DNA of 64,000 nucleotides, from the NCBI RefSeq assembly GCF_963921235.1, contig NC_086109.1:27902001-27966000 (forward strand), read 5' to 3'. Positions within the stretch are counted from its first letter, which is position 1, and each line of letters opens with the position of its first letter. Below the pieces are notes generated by a model. It saw only the letters and a program-made list of their open reading frames with translations. It was not told the origin of the DNA and did not search any database. Position numbers and translations under genes: made by a program. Source of the DNA: Mobula hypostoma. Taxonomy: Eukaryota. Shown here in pieces: positions 40,301 through 55,300 of the stretch.

Positions 40301-43300
40301 TTAATAATTGTCCAGGAAATAGTGGTAGGAAGCTAAAGTATGAACTGCTGTAATCCTTCTGGAGAAGGTACACACAGAAAATTGTTAAGTAGGGAGTACC
40401 ACCCTTCAGATCTAACAATGATTGAGCAATATGAATAAATTTCTCAATCAGGATGGTGCGAGACTTGAAGGAGAACCTGCAGGTGGTGACATTATCCCAA
40501 AGTTGTTGTCTTTCTTAGCAGTAGAAATCACAGTTCTGGGAGATAAAAATAATCCAGAAAATGTTGTAGACGCTCAAGTTAGTCACTACCTAGGGGTGGA
40601 GAAGTGTGGGCACGTAGCCAAGTGGTTAAGGCGTTCAACTAGCGATCTGAAGGTTGTGAGTTCGAACCCCAGCCAAGGCAGCGTGTGGTGTCTTTGAGCA
40701 AGGTACTTAATCACACAATGCTCTGCGACGACACTGGTGCCAAGCTACGTGGATCCTAATGCCCTTCCCTTGGACAACATCAGTGTCGTGGAGAGGGGAG
40801 ACTTGCAGCATGGGCAACTGCTGGTCTTTCATACAACCTTGCCCAGGCCTGCGCCCTGGAGAGTGAAGACTTTCCAGGCGCAGATCCATGGTCTTGCAAG
40901 GGATGGAGAAACAGAGTTAGCATTTCAGGTCTGAGTCTTTTCAGCTGTTTTCAAAGATGAACTCTGTTTCATTCTCCACTGTTATTGGTTGACCTGTCCG
41001 GTGTTTCAAACATTTTTGATTTTTATAATTTCTTATGGTGTTGGTGTTGCCTGGATGAGTTATGACAGTCCATTTGGTAAATAGCACACAAACAAATCTA
41101 CAGTAATCTGCAAGCATAGAGAATTTATATTCAGAGGGGTGGATGGGTGCAAGTCAAAAGGTTGTGTTGTCCTCAATGGTGTTGAGGTCCTTGAGTATTA
41201 TTGGAGCTCCACTCTTCTGCAGAAGATCCGGGTACTCCACCACACTCCTGATGTGCCTTGTAGATTGTGGAAAGGCACCAAAGTGATATTAAGTATTGCT
41301 GACTGTGATGTCTATCTATGCTAATCCCATGTCCACATTTGGCCCATATTGCTCTACTCTGTTCTGATGAATAATATTCTCAATTTGGCCTGCCAAATAT
41401 TTTGCACAACTGCAGCATAATACTACAAATGCCATCTTCACTACCTGTCTCATTTTCAGATAGCTATGTACTGCACTCCAAAATCCCCTTGTACATCGAT
41501 TCTCTGGGGTCCCTGCAATTGATTGTATCTGTCCGGTTAGTTTTCGACACCCCAAAATGCATTACTTCACATTTGTCTGCATTAAATTCCAACAATCACC
41601 ACCCCATCCAATATTCCAACGAATCTACATCCCTTTCACCTTCTCACAACCTTCTTCTCTACTACTCAACTAATTTTTGTGATATCAGCAAACTTTTGAA
41701 CCAACTATGTTTTCACCACATACATACTTAATATCAAATAACAAGTCCCAGCAGTATACTACTGATTATGTATTTCCAGACAGAAAAACACACTTCAACC
41801 TCTACCCTTTGCCTCCAATAACCAAGCCAATATTTGATCTGGTTCACCAGCACACCTTGGATCTCATGTGCCCTAACCATCTGGACCAGCCTACCTAGCC
41901 TCACTAAAGTCCATGTAAACCACATATACCACTTCATTAATTTTCTTAAATTACCTCCTCAAAACAAATCAAATTTATGTGACACAATTTCTCCTGCATA
42001 AAGCCACTAATTAGTCTTTGTCTTTCCAAGTAAGCATAAATCCTGTCCCTTAAAATATTTTCCAATAATTATCCTGTAACTGATAACAACCAAGAGCAAA
42101 ATCTGCAGAAACAGACACAAAATGCTGAAGGAACTCAGCAGGTCGGGCAGCACCTATGGAAGAAAAGTACTGTCAACGTTTCAGTTCTGCTGATGGCTTT
42201 CGGCCCAAAATGTTGACTGTACCTTTTTTCCATAGATGCTGCCTGGGCTGCTGAGTTCCTTCAGCATTTTGTGTGTGTTGCTCAGATTTCCAGCATCTGC
42301 AGATTTTCTCTTGTTTGTGATTTGAAAAATCTGCAGATGCTGACAAAGTTATAGAGGTTGCCATATTATATGCCCCAGGATCTTGCTGATGGGTCTCAGC
42401 CTGAAACATCAACTGTATTCTTTTCCATAGATGCTGCCTGGCCTGCTGAGTTCCTCCAGCATTTTTGTGTGTTGCGCTGTTACTTATGTAAGGCTCACTT
42501 ACCTGCAGTTTGAAGAGATCATGTTGATTGTACCCTGAATGAAGAGTTGCTTCTAAAAGTTGATTTGAAATGACAGTATGTGGAATACCTTCCTACTCTA
42601 GCTTTTTTTTGTGGAGGAACAACTTACAACCAAAGAAAGAGGTATTTCTTCTATGTCCCAGAATCCTGATATGATTCATCAGTCAGCCACATCTGAAGGT
42701 CACTGCAGAATTGCAAGTTATGAAGAAGAATTCAACAGCAGCGCAATTGAGTTGAAAATGGTGCTAAAGGGGGGCAAGGATTCATCAGAGAGTTGATAAT
42801 CTCTCTTAACTGCTGCACTACAGTTGTCCAGTAGATGGCACACCTCAGCTAATGCTGCAAGACAGCTTTTTATACATAAAAATATGTTCCTCAGGATCAT
42901 AGCTTTAGCTTTTCCAATATTATTTGTAAACAATAATTGTTGTTTTAAGGTTGCCATAATATGCCTCATATTACAGAGCTGACTACTATCCAGTCTGCCA
43001 GAATGGGTATATAAACTTTGTTATTTATTTTATTTTTTTGGGTATATTGACTTCCACTTGCCCACCATTGAACTGTTCCCACAACCTATGAACTCACTTT
43101 CAAAGACTCTTCATCTCATGGTACGGATATTTATTGCCTATTTATTGATTTATTATTAATTCTTTATTTTTGTGTTTGTATAGCTTTTGCTTTTGGTTGA
43201 GTGTCCAAATTGGTGTGGTTTTTCACTGATTCTATTGTGGTTGTTCTTCTATAGATTTTGAGTATGCCCACAAGAAAATGAAACATGGTTTGTATGCGGT

Positions 43301-46300
43301 GATATACATGTACTTTGATAATAAATTTACATTGAACTTTTGAAAGATGGTTTGCAAAAAGCTAAACTGTACATGTCTTGATTTATCTTGTGTATCATTT
43401 GTGTCTGTGCGAACACTCTATTGTGAATTTTATTAGAAGTTAAGACACCACTGAAAATGCACTTTAAATAGGAATTAACCCCTCTGGCATCTGGAAACAG
43501 GAAGAATCACCCACAGATTGAAGCCAGAGGATTGAAACAGTGGCTCTTTAGACTGTGGTGGTCCTAATAATTATCCTCTACAAAGCAGAGGAAAAAAGGC
43601 CATTGGCTTTTATGAAACAGATTGCAACCAGAAGTAAAAGAAATCAAGAGTTTCTAATAATACTTAACAAAATATTCAATACTGTAATTACTTCTGTGAT
43701 ATATATTTTAAAGTAAGTTTTAAAAATAACTTTAAAACAGCTCTGATGAGCCAAGATATTGAAACTACATTTTTAAAAATCCTTTCAGATTTTACTGCTA
43801 TTCAACATTGAGATTATGGAGTATCAGATGTACCCTTTGCCCTTTGTAGCCAACTTTGAGCACTCCTCAGCAATTTTCCTCTCTTCTCTGCTCCTCTCCT
43901 TCTCCTCACTATCCTTCTTGGAATTGTACGAAACAACATGGGCCGCCAGTGTCTGTGTTTCTGGAACACGTGCTGCAGTCTTTTTCTACCTCCAGGGAGG
44001 GTAAAGTGTGCCAAGTTAGTTATGAGCACATATTGTGGCTTTGTGCAATACTGTAAAAGGGATGTTTAGGAAACAGGAGTCCATCTTTATAGTTCAGCCA
44101 AATTTGATATCACTGAAACTACAAAAGTAATAATTCACCTCTTCTCCCCCTTCACCTACAAATCAAATATTAACCTATTAAAAAAGGATAAATGGAAATA
44201 CAAAAAAACCCACGAATCTTTGAACTAAAAATCAAAAAAATACAATCACATTTTGATATGTGGTTTAGAGTTTTCTCAGGCTCAGCAGAACTAGTTGTTG
44301 ACTTTACATTAAATACGTATGCTGAACTACTACAAGCAGATGGAGCATAATTACAACATATTTTGAAAACAAGATAATTAAGAGATGAAATGACACAAAA
44401 ATTCAGTGTTCTTTTCACTGTCCACATTTAACAATTTTAATAGTATGTTTGTAGAGAAGTAGCCCATACCAAGGTTCTTCAGGACACGGTCTCGCTCTAG
44501 CTGTGTGTCCCGGATCTTGTTCTGCAATAGGATAAGTTTCTCCTCATATTGTTGTTTCAGTATTTGCAATCGTCGCTGGCTATTCTCAAGCTCATCAATC
44601 AGTTTCTGCTTGATTTCAATTTCACAAGTTATGTCGGCAAGATCAGCCTGATAGTTGACTGAAAATAGGAGAATAAAACAAGAGAAAATTTATTCAAGAG
44701 TTGTAAGCAAGTTACCAAAAATCTTAAATTTCAAGGCTGTGCAGCTGTCTAAAAATATAATCCTTTAGAATTAGTTAAATAAAACAAACAAAAAGGTATT
44801 ACATATCACAACAATGAATTTTAAAAATGTTATGCCATTGAAATAATGTGATTTCTTTGGTTATCAAGTAAAACTAAAACAAAGCTCTGAGATAAGCATG
44901 CATATCTGTTATATAGGCTGCCTTCTGTAGCTTAGATATATATAGTTTTCAGTATATAATGCACATTAAAATGGTAAAGACAACAGATTTAGACCAGGGC
45001 ACATCTCCTGCAGAAAGTGATGAATTTAAAGTGCTTAAAAGTAGATAATCTGTGATACATGCAGGTGGAAAATAAAACCATAAGAAATGGACAGGTTAGG
45101 GAATAAAGTCTAACCAAATTGAGAAAGACACTGCAGATTAGCTGATCAGATAACCAAGAGGCAATACGTTTGATCTGGCTCACAAACAAATCTGAGGAAA
45201 GTTTTTTGGATAGCAGTATAACATGACTGCTGTTTTTCACTGCCTTCTTTTCTTGTAAAATAATCTAGTCAGATTCAACATGATAAATGGAATTTACATT
45301 TTCCATATTAAATTAATTTTATTTTTATTTTATCTTATTATTTAGAGATTCAGCACCATAACTGACTTTTCTGGCTCAATGAGCTCGCTCTGCCCAATTT
45401 CACCCATGTGACCAGTTAACCTTTCAACCTGCATATCTTTGGAATGTGGGAAGAATCCAGAACACTCAGAGGAAACCCACTCAGTCATGAGGAGAAAACA
45501 CAAACTCCTTAAAGGCAGCGGCAGAACTTAACCTGGGTCACTGGTGCTGTAATAGCACTAAGCTAACCACAACACTACCATGCCACATCTTCTAAGACTA
45601 AACTTTTGTTCTACTATTCTGAACAGAAGAACTGAGGCACAGCATTATAGTTGTTCATTTCTAATGTAATGATATCCTTCGGAATGACCTAGAATTTCAA
45701 AACAATCTGCATTATGGCTTTACCCAGTGCAGTGCAGGCTACAGCTGCCTCACAAGAGTCCACTGTTAAGGATGTGCCAAGCTTCATTTCTATAACTGCA
45801 GTGAGTTGTGGAAGCCAGTCAAAGCCTCTGAGGCAGCATCAATTCCAACTTGCTAACAGGTGAGCAGTAGTGGGGGAGGGAGGAGTAACATGAACTGGCT
45901 GGAATGTTGGACAAAGGCTGCAGTAAATACAGGGTGGAAGGGGAAGGGGATCTGGAAGGTGCCAAACTGAAGCCAGCCTGTTATGTGAAGGTAGATGCTA
46001 AACCTCTTGCATCAATATAGAGTGATTTAAAGCTGTAGCTACCTTTAAATGGGAGGTCCAACCATTGACCTTAGATGTAAATTTTACACTAGGATCTAAA
46101 ACAGGCATTTGACCTTTGATTTGCATCAAGCAATGATCTTTGGGCTCATTTCAGGCAGATGTGACCAGAAGTAAAAATCAACATCACACATGCTGCAATT
46201 TTGGGTGTGGTTTATGCAAATTTTATTGCTTAATATATTGCATCCTGCAGTGCACATATTTTTGCCTCAGAATGAATTTCTAAGCTGAGTTACTTTGTTT

Positions 46301-49300
46301 TCACCCTGAAAAGTAGTTTAATAAAGCTCAGGCAATCTCTAAACACATCTTCCAATTCACTGCGTACTTTAAAAAAAAATTCCTGAGGCTCTAAATTTTG
46401 ATTAAGCTTTTTATTTTGAACACATTAGTATTTTTAAATTTGGCTTCATCCAACACATGCATATATATCTTATTCATAATGGCAGGACTTTTCAAAGCAC
46501 TCTTACACAGTAACACACGATCACATTTTGCATGATTAATTACAAAAATACTACCTTTCCAAATTCAATCATGAATCTTTTTTTTGTTCAGTTCTCAGCT
46601 CTATTTCAGTCCGCCTAATAAACGGAGAGATTTCCACTACAGATTGGGATCATTACCTTTCTCATCTGATTCAGTATCTGTTTCATCCAGGCTTCCATCA
46701 CTGTCAAATTCGTCTTCATCACCACCTTCTTCTTCTTCACAGCAGCTTTCTTCCTGAAATTACAAAAGGATGGGATGTAGATATAATAGGCTCTTTGGTT
46801 GATTTCTCATATATTCTCTTCACATTTACTTCCACCTACACTCCTCCCCATCCTCAATACTGGTGGACTGTGTCTGGGAGGTGTACTGTCTCCATAATAC
46901 ACTATACTTACCTGACATGACTAATGTAACATCATCTTCCAAACCTTTGACCTCCATCACCAACAAAGACAAGGGCAGCAGAGCAAGGGAACACCACTTC
47001 TCCTCCAAGTGATACATGATCCTGAAATAAAACTATACTGACATAGCTGGGTCTAAATCCAGGAACTGCCCATCAATTAACCCGTAGGAGTACCATTTTG
47101 GGAAGGAATAAAAACATTCTAAGGGAAGTAAGAGATGAAGAATAAATGCTAGTCTTGCCAGTGGTGTTTATGGTAAGAGAGTATGGGTTCAAAAAGGGAA
47201 GTGTGTTGTTCAAAGTAAATGTGGAATTGTCCTGAATTTTTCTTTGGTCTTTAGCATACAAAACGTTGTGTCAAGCATATCTTTTTACTCTGAAAGGGGT
47301 CTCAATATGAAGCATTTTGTTGAATAAAGAGACTACTTCAGATCTACTGGTACTTCTCTCCGGTGACTTTGTTCATTCAATCACAGTCTATGCACTTAAA
47401 ATTATAAATTAAGGAAGGAAGTAAGCAAGGCAGGTGACAATTAATGGGACAAACAATAATTTTAATCTATATATAATTTACTGTCGGGAATAAGAAATGA
47501 GTATCTAATCATGTATTGTGCAGACAGCAGAACATATTGTAAATTCAACCTAAAACTTCTATAATGTTCTAGGGAAGAATTGTAAGGCAATGTGCAAAGG
47601 AATAGACTACAGAGTGTGACGGGGTCCTGAAGTACCCCTATGAACTGTGCTTTTGGAAAGAGAGAGAGAGGTGTCCAACCCAGACACCTTGTTAAAAAGA
47701 GAGAGAAAGAAAGATAGAGAGAGGCGAAGACTGCTCACAGTTTGGTTATACTTTCTACAAGGACACTGGCACCTTCTGTGTTCTTACAGAGAGAGGAGGG
47801 AGGAGCTGCTTGATGGACAGCTACTAAATTCAGCATGGTGAGATAAATAGAAGGTCAGCTGTTAGACTTACATACACATGGTTTTGGACACTGAATGAGC
47901 TTTGTTGTGCCCACAGAAAAGGTGGGTTTTGGAGGATCAATCAGTGGCTCTCACAGTGTGAAAAGGGTGTGACCGGTGGGGAGTTATTCGTGTGTCCAGC
48001 CCTCGCCTGGGTTGATAATTCCACCACAGAAGAACGGTCCCCTTTGTTGTGGTCACAGTCGGTGACTTGTAAAAGATTTCGGAGGACAACGGGAAGATCG
48101 ACGTCGCCAGCTCACCTGAAGACTCAAATATCTCCCTCTCTCTCTCTCCATCACTACTCAACTCAATACCACAAACTGAACTGAACTTTACTCATCATCG
48201 TAAGACTATCTATTTACCCCTAGACTCGAAGAAGCTTGGTATTCATATAGTTCCACACTTACTTATATATAATCATTGCTAACCTGTTTGATATATCTGC
48301 ATTTATATCACTGTATTGCGTAGTTATTAATAAATACCATTAGTTAATAGCAATACCGGACTCCAAAGTGTTTTCCATCTCTGCTGGTTCTTTAACCCAT
48401 TACGGGGTATGTGACAAGAGCAAAAGCAAGGGAATGAGACTCAATGGACCAAACTTCCTTATCCATTATTAAATAATAGAATATACACAAAAGTTATGTA
48501 AATTGATGATGTGCTAAATAATACTCAATTTTGTGTGTCAGTTTATTTACTTTTACTAATCTCCACATAACTTTGAAACATGCAAAATGTACTGCACTGA
48601 GATCAAGCTTTGCAGCATTTGAAGTAAGAATGTTAAAAAAGGTTAAAAGGAAAAGTAATTGAAATCAAAGGTGCAGGTAAGGGCCTCTACATCTGGTGAC
48701 ACAGTTCACCCTTTCTAAGAGCTACTAAAACTGAGAAGAAAATTATAAACATGAGAAAGTCTGCAGATGCTGGAAATTCAAAGTGACACGCAGAAAATGC
48801 TGGAGGAACTCAGCAGGTTAGGCAGCATCTATAGAAATGAATAAACAGTTGTGGGCGGAGTCCCTTCTTCAGGACTGAAAAAGAAGGGGAAAAGGCACCA
48901 GAATAAAAAGGTGGAGAAAAGGAAAGAGGATAGTTAGAAGGTGATAGACGAAGCCAATATGGTTGGAAAGATAAAGGGCAGGAGAAGAAGGAATTTGATA
49001 GGAGGGGAGAGTGAACCACAGCAGGAAGGGAAGGAGGGAGGACTCAGGGGGATTGATAGGAAGGTGAGAAGACGAAGGAGGCCAGTGTGGAAATAGAATG
49101 AGTGTAGTTATCCTCTTTTGTTCAAGAGCCTGATGGTTGAGGGGTAGTAACTGTTCTTGGACCTGGTGGTGAGAGTTCTGAGGCACTTGCACCTTCTACC
49201 TGATGGCAGCAGCAAGAAAAGAGCATGGACTGGTTGACAATGGATGCTGCTTTCCAACGGCAACGTTTTGTGCAGATGTGCTCAATGGTTGGGAGGATAT

Positions 49301-52300
49301 TACCTGTGATGTGCTGGGCTGAATTCACTACCTATTATAGGATTTTCCACTCAAAAGTATTGGTGTTCCCATACCAGGCCGTAATGCAGCTGGTCAGCAC
49401 ATTTTCCACCACACATTTATCGAAGTTTGCCAAGGTTTCCTGATGAGTACTGGTTTCCCCCTCCTGAAGTCTACAATCAGTGATTGAAGTGACTTTGATC
49501 ACGAACCACTGTCTGTGCAACACGGGATGGTTTGAATATCTCAGAAACAGCTGATCTCCTGGGGTTTTTTATGCACAAAAAGTCTTGAGTTTAAAGAGAA
49601 TGGTGGAAAAAATTTTTTAAAAAAATCCAGTGATCAGCAGTTCTGTGGGTGAAAATGCCTTGTTATTGAGAGCGGCCAGAGGAGATTGGCCAGACTGATT
49701 CAAGCTGATCGGAAGGTGATTGTAACTCAAGTAACCACATGTTACATTGGTGGTGTGCAGAAGAGCAACTCTGAACACTACACATTGAACCTTGAAGTGG
49801 ATGATTTATAGCAGCAGAAGACCATGAACTTACACTCAGTGGGCACTTTATTAGGTACAGGATGTATCTAATAAAGTGGCCACTGAGTGCATTTGTCCCA
49901 AATGAGGTACTGTCAAAGTCTCTGCTAAAGGAATTTTTGTCTCTGCTCTGTGGATGCAAGTTTGAGGTACTGGGCTTTAGTATGGTTTGCCTATTTGGAA
50001 TCCCACTGCTAGTGCTCGAGTTTTTTTTTATGAAAAAAGATCGGAAAAGAGGGATTCAAATTGGGCAACTGATTGATGGCACCAAGAACAAAAAGGCTAA
50101 ATCAAATACAGATTTGTCCAAAAACTCAGAGAAATATAACATACAAGATCCTTGATTTTTTCCCCCCGGGTTCTTTGCTTTTACATACCTCTTCTGCTTC
50201 ATTGTCATCTGTCTCTTCCCAAATCTCTGTCTGTAGATTCTTTTTTCTTTTTTCCTTCTCTGGACTTTTAAGAAAACATAAATAAATAATTACATACAAA
50301 AATTATACGTAGCTATCCAATTCACGGTCAGTTACTTTTCTTTAAAATTCAATGATTATCTTTTTATAACTGAGATGTTAAGACATTTCTATAATTTTTC
50401 TATTTTTTTATTATCAGAGATGCATCCTCATTGGTGGAGATAGGTCGTTTTTTTGGACATTCAGTCACTTTAACCTAATATTACCATGTTGGTAAATATC
50501 TCAGTTTGCCAAAGGTCTGGCAGTAACTTTTGATATTTTCTCCCCACCCCATCCTGCTGTAAGATGTTGACAATAAAATATTTATTCCAAGGGGGAAAAA
50601 AAGTGTTTTTCCTGACAAAATAATAGCCCCAAGTACCTCACTGTCAATGATGTACAGTTATAGTTGTAATGTTTGAAAAGATTAATACAAATTGTACTTG
50701 GCAAGATCTCAGAAACAATAACAAATAATCTCTGTTGATGAGGTTGGTTAAGAGATGCACTTGAGGACACCTCTCCCTTAAATCTTTAGTTCTTCCACAT
50801 CCCGAAAAGGAAAACGTCAGCTGTATTTTAAATGTGATTCAAATGATTCCAACACTGACAGGGGTGTACTGAAACAACACTCAGTTCTGTGTTTTGTCTC
50901 TCAAATGGGGTTGAAGTCCAAAATATTTTGAATTATAATGTCAGCCAATTCTATGCAAGGAAGCTGACATGACAACATCAAAACTCTGATGCATGGTAGA
51001 CAAGGGGCTAGTAAGCTTACCTCTATTAGGATGCTCTTATGAAACACCCAGAGGTCTCTGATTAAAAACTACAGGAAAAGCATATTTAACCTTTCAGCTT
51101 AAGTTCAGAGGAACTCATTAATAAATGCACATATTATTCAATAACAATTTATGCATACAGTTACCTATTTCTTCTTTGTATTCTTTCCTTCTTCTTAAGC
51201 ATTTCCAAATCTCTTTTTGCCAGTTCAACAACTTCAGAAGTATCAGTTTCCAGAGAGATGGCTAGACTTGATGCACAAGGCATGGGAGACAATCCCGCTG
51301 AATACGGAGACTTGGACGTCAGTCGAGAGAGATTGCGTCGGAGTGATTCATTCATGGCTTCACTTTCCAACAGTTTAGTCCTGTAAAAAATTGTCCATCA
51401 TATCAGAGGATCTTTGAGAAACATAAATATGGAGTTTTGAACTCAATGTTTTGGCTGATAAAGGCAAGCATGCTTGCCTTCTTAACCACCTTATCAACCT
51501 GTATAGCCACTTGCAGTGAGTTATGAACGGACCCCAAAATCCCTTTGTTCTTCAACACTGTTAACAATCTTGCCATCAGCAGTGAACTGTCTCGTTTGAC
51601 TTACAAAGGTGCAATATTTCACATTTGGCCAAGTTAAACTCTATCAGCCATTTCTCCATACATATCTGCAACTGATCTACAAACGTATATCCCATTGTAT
51701 TCTTTGCTAATTTTTTACAGTATTCACAAAACCATAAATCCTTGTATCATCTGCAAACTTACTAACCTACCCATCTGCACTTTCATCTAGGTCATTGATA
51801 TGCATTATCTAAACAGCAGAGGTCCCAGTACAGATCCCTGTGGAACATCTCTAATCACAGATCTCTAGCTAGAATCAGTCCCTTTGACCAACTCCCTCTC
51901 TTCCATGGGCAAGCCAGTTCTAAATGCAAATAGCCAATTCATTATGGATCCCATGCATCTCAATCTTCTGGATGAGCCACCCACAAGGCATTTAGTAAAA
52001 CACCTTGCTAAAATGAATGTAGACAAGATCCACAGTTCTACATTCATCAGTCACAATCTTCACCTTGTCAAAGAGAATACTCCAGTCATTAAGACAGGAC
52101 TTTCCCCACACAAAGTCCTGATTAATGTCAGTAAGCATGGAAATAAGTATTTTATGGAATAGTGATATAATTGATAGTAACAAATTGGCAGACATATAAA
52201 TACAGAGTGCAGCAAAGTATGTAATTCTCAATTAAATTATACTTGAAGTGATTTATCCCAGAATTAATTACAATAACTATCTACTCAGAATTAGCATAGA

Positions 52301-55300
52301 TATATGCATAATATGCACCAGAAAAGTCAGTAAATGATCCAATTTTGTGGTTTCAATTTTATCTCAGTAACGAAATTTGCTTTCTTTACAAAGGGACTGG
52401 AAGTGAAAAAATTGATTTTCCATCTAACTTTTTGAGTTGGGTTCACCAGCCTTATTTTGATTTTGTGGGAATCCTAATGATTGTCTCGCCTTAGAGCCAT
52501 CAGTCTTTATTTCGCTAGGCGTCAAGTAGTAAATTGGTGAACTGTGAATGTGTGGAATTCATTGCCATGGATGGCTGTGGAGGCCAAGTCATTGGGTAAT
52601 TTAAATGGATTTTAATCGGTTCTTGATTAGGAAGGGCTTCAAAAGTTATGGGCGGGAGGAACGAGAATGGAATTAAGAGGGATTATAAATCAGCCATGAA
52701 GGAGTGGTGGAAAAGACTCAATGGGTCAATTGGCCTAATTTTGCTCCTATGTTTTATGGCTTCATGAGGTGTTTTTCTTTTTTTGACATGGTCAGGCATT
52801 AGAGTCCACATTCTAAATAGGCATCTGTTAGTCTCGTGAGACCATGGATTTGTGCCTTGGAAGGTTTCCAGGGCGTAGGCCTGGGCAAGGTTGTATGGAA
52901 GACCGGCAGTTGCCCATGCTGCAAGTCTTCCCTCTTCACGCCACCGATGTTGTCCAAGGGAAGGGCATTAGGATCCATACAGCTTGGCACCAGTGTCGTC
53001 GCAGAGCAATGTGTGGTTAAGTGCCTTGATCAAGGAGCGACACACTGCCTCAGCTGAGACTTGAACTAGCGACCTTCAGATCACTAGACCGACGCCTTAA
53101 CCACTTGGCCACGCGCCAACACTATCCACAATACCATATACAAAATGCCTTGGACCAACCTGAGATCCTCTATTTCCCGGATATAATTTTGAATTAGTGC
53201 ACCTATTTCTTCATTGCCATCTCCTGCAGAACAAATAGAAAGTAGCAACTTTACAGAAGCAAAGTAATTTAAAAAGTAGGTTGTGGAGACTTTTTAAAAT
53301 TAAAAAACATAATTAAATGGTTGGTCATCCATATTATTTGAAAGATGTAATTAACATAAAACTTGATTTCAGTTTCAGTTTGCAGAACTGAATGCAGAAA
53401 TTGTCTTCAATGGTAATGCACTGTGAATGCTAGTAATTTTGATAAACCACAAAAATTGCCAGATATACTCAGAAGGTCAGCAAGTTGCTTTAAGTAAGAG
53501 AAACAGAGTCAAGATTTCATATTGATTATATTACTCATTGAGCAGAATGTTATAAGGCCAAACATCATGAAACATAAAATGTTAAGTCTGTTTTCCTCTC
53601 CACAGATGCATCCTATCTACTCAGTATTCCAGCATTTTTGCTTTTATTAAGCATTGTGATGGGGTTCAAAGTAAGTGTATTTATATACATAATAAAAGAA
53701 ATAAAAAACATTGCACAATTACATCGTTGGTCACTAGAATCAGACTGTTCTCCCTGTCGATCAGTAAGCTAGTTTAACCATTCAATAAATTTAGGTAAAA
53801 TCCAATAACTAAATCTAATAAAAGCTGAGAACATCACTTTGTACAACTAATCAAAGATGACATGGAACTAACCTGAACAGAAGACAGGTTGTTCAAAAAA
53901 AATCAAATGATTTACACATTACAATCAATTTAGTAATGTTGACTAATGATCTAAAGCTTTACCTACAAACTACAATTCATTCAAATAATTACAGTGATAA
54001 AGCTTATTTACTAAAATAATTTGATTTGAAATAACTAAGTGTCACAGACCACCTCTTAATAAACCAAAATTTGTAGAGAATTCTAACCTGCAAACTTCTC
54101 CTACATCATTTTCAATGAATCAAAGTTCTGAAACAAAGCACTGCCCTACATGAAGCATCATGAACTGATAAATTAAAAACTACTTTATGAGGAGGTATTA
54201 AAACTAGAAAATAATGATCTGCAATTGAGTACCTCAGAGAAGTTTCACTAGATATTGCTAAGAAGTTTCTATTAAAAATAAAAAAGTGTTCCTGAGATCA
54301 TTGTAACAATTAATCATTTTACCTGCACTGGCTATAATTTGAGTGGCTTCATTACTCAAGAGCTGTGTCACTCTGTTATTTAGTGCATCAATTGTTTCTT
54401 GCATGGCTTTTAATCTCATTCGCAATGTGTCATTTTCTTTCTGTAGCATTGCATTTTCATGGTACAAGTCATTGTAACCTTCAGACCCATCAGCATCAAT
54501 GACTCGTTTACCCTTAAAAACAGAACCAGAAACAAGTTTAAAACAGTATTTTCGTTGATTCAATGCGGTCAAAGAGTAATTGGATCACACACATAGGAAA
54601 GTTTAAAACAGTCAGTACATTATCATGCCCAGAAACTTCTCTCTGTAATTTCAAATGTTTTCCTTCTTTGGATCTGTTGTATATTCATTCAGTACTAGGT
54701 TAATAAACACAGGCTTTGTTTATTGTAGAGGTATTCTAGCAAGCAATGTTGTGGTGAGCCACAGCTACTTTTTGCAAGGTGCTGTATACGTTCATTAACT
54801 AATCTGGTTCTATTTCTTTAGCATATGGAAAATAAGTAATAATTATCCAATGTTCTTTGAAATAAATGAATAAATTGCTGTTCCATGTAGGACCATAAAG
54901 CACAGGAGCAGAGTTAGGCTGTTCAGCCCATTGAATCTGGTTCTCCATCCCATCATAGCTGATTTATTATCCCTCTCAATCCCATTCACCTGCCTTCAGC
55001 CCATAACCTTTGAAGCCCTCACCAATCAAGAACCTATCAACCTCCACTTTAAATATACCCAATGAGCTGGTCTCTCCAGCCATCCGTGGCAATACTTTCC
55101 ACAGATTCACCACCCTCCGGCTAAAGAAATTCCCTCACATCTCCGCTCTAAAGGAATGTCTTTACATTCGGAGTTTGTGCTCTCCAGGTGGAGATGACGG
55201 GGAGGTAGGTGAACATACAATGCATAACTCACACTGTGACTAGAAAGCACTTTGAGTGGCAATCAATCCTCATTTTGTAATAAGTTCATTAACAGAAAAG

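Noticed and set aside
40606..40680. tRNA gene
   Set aside because: The A/B boxes are the head of a SINE present in three copies with a shared body; no complete cloverleaf
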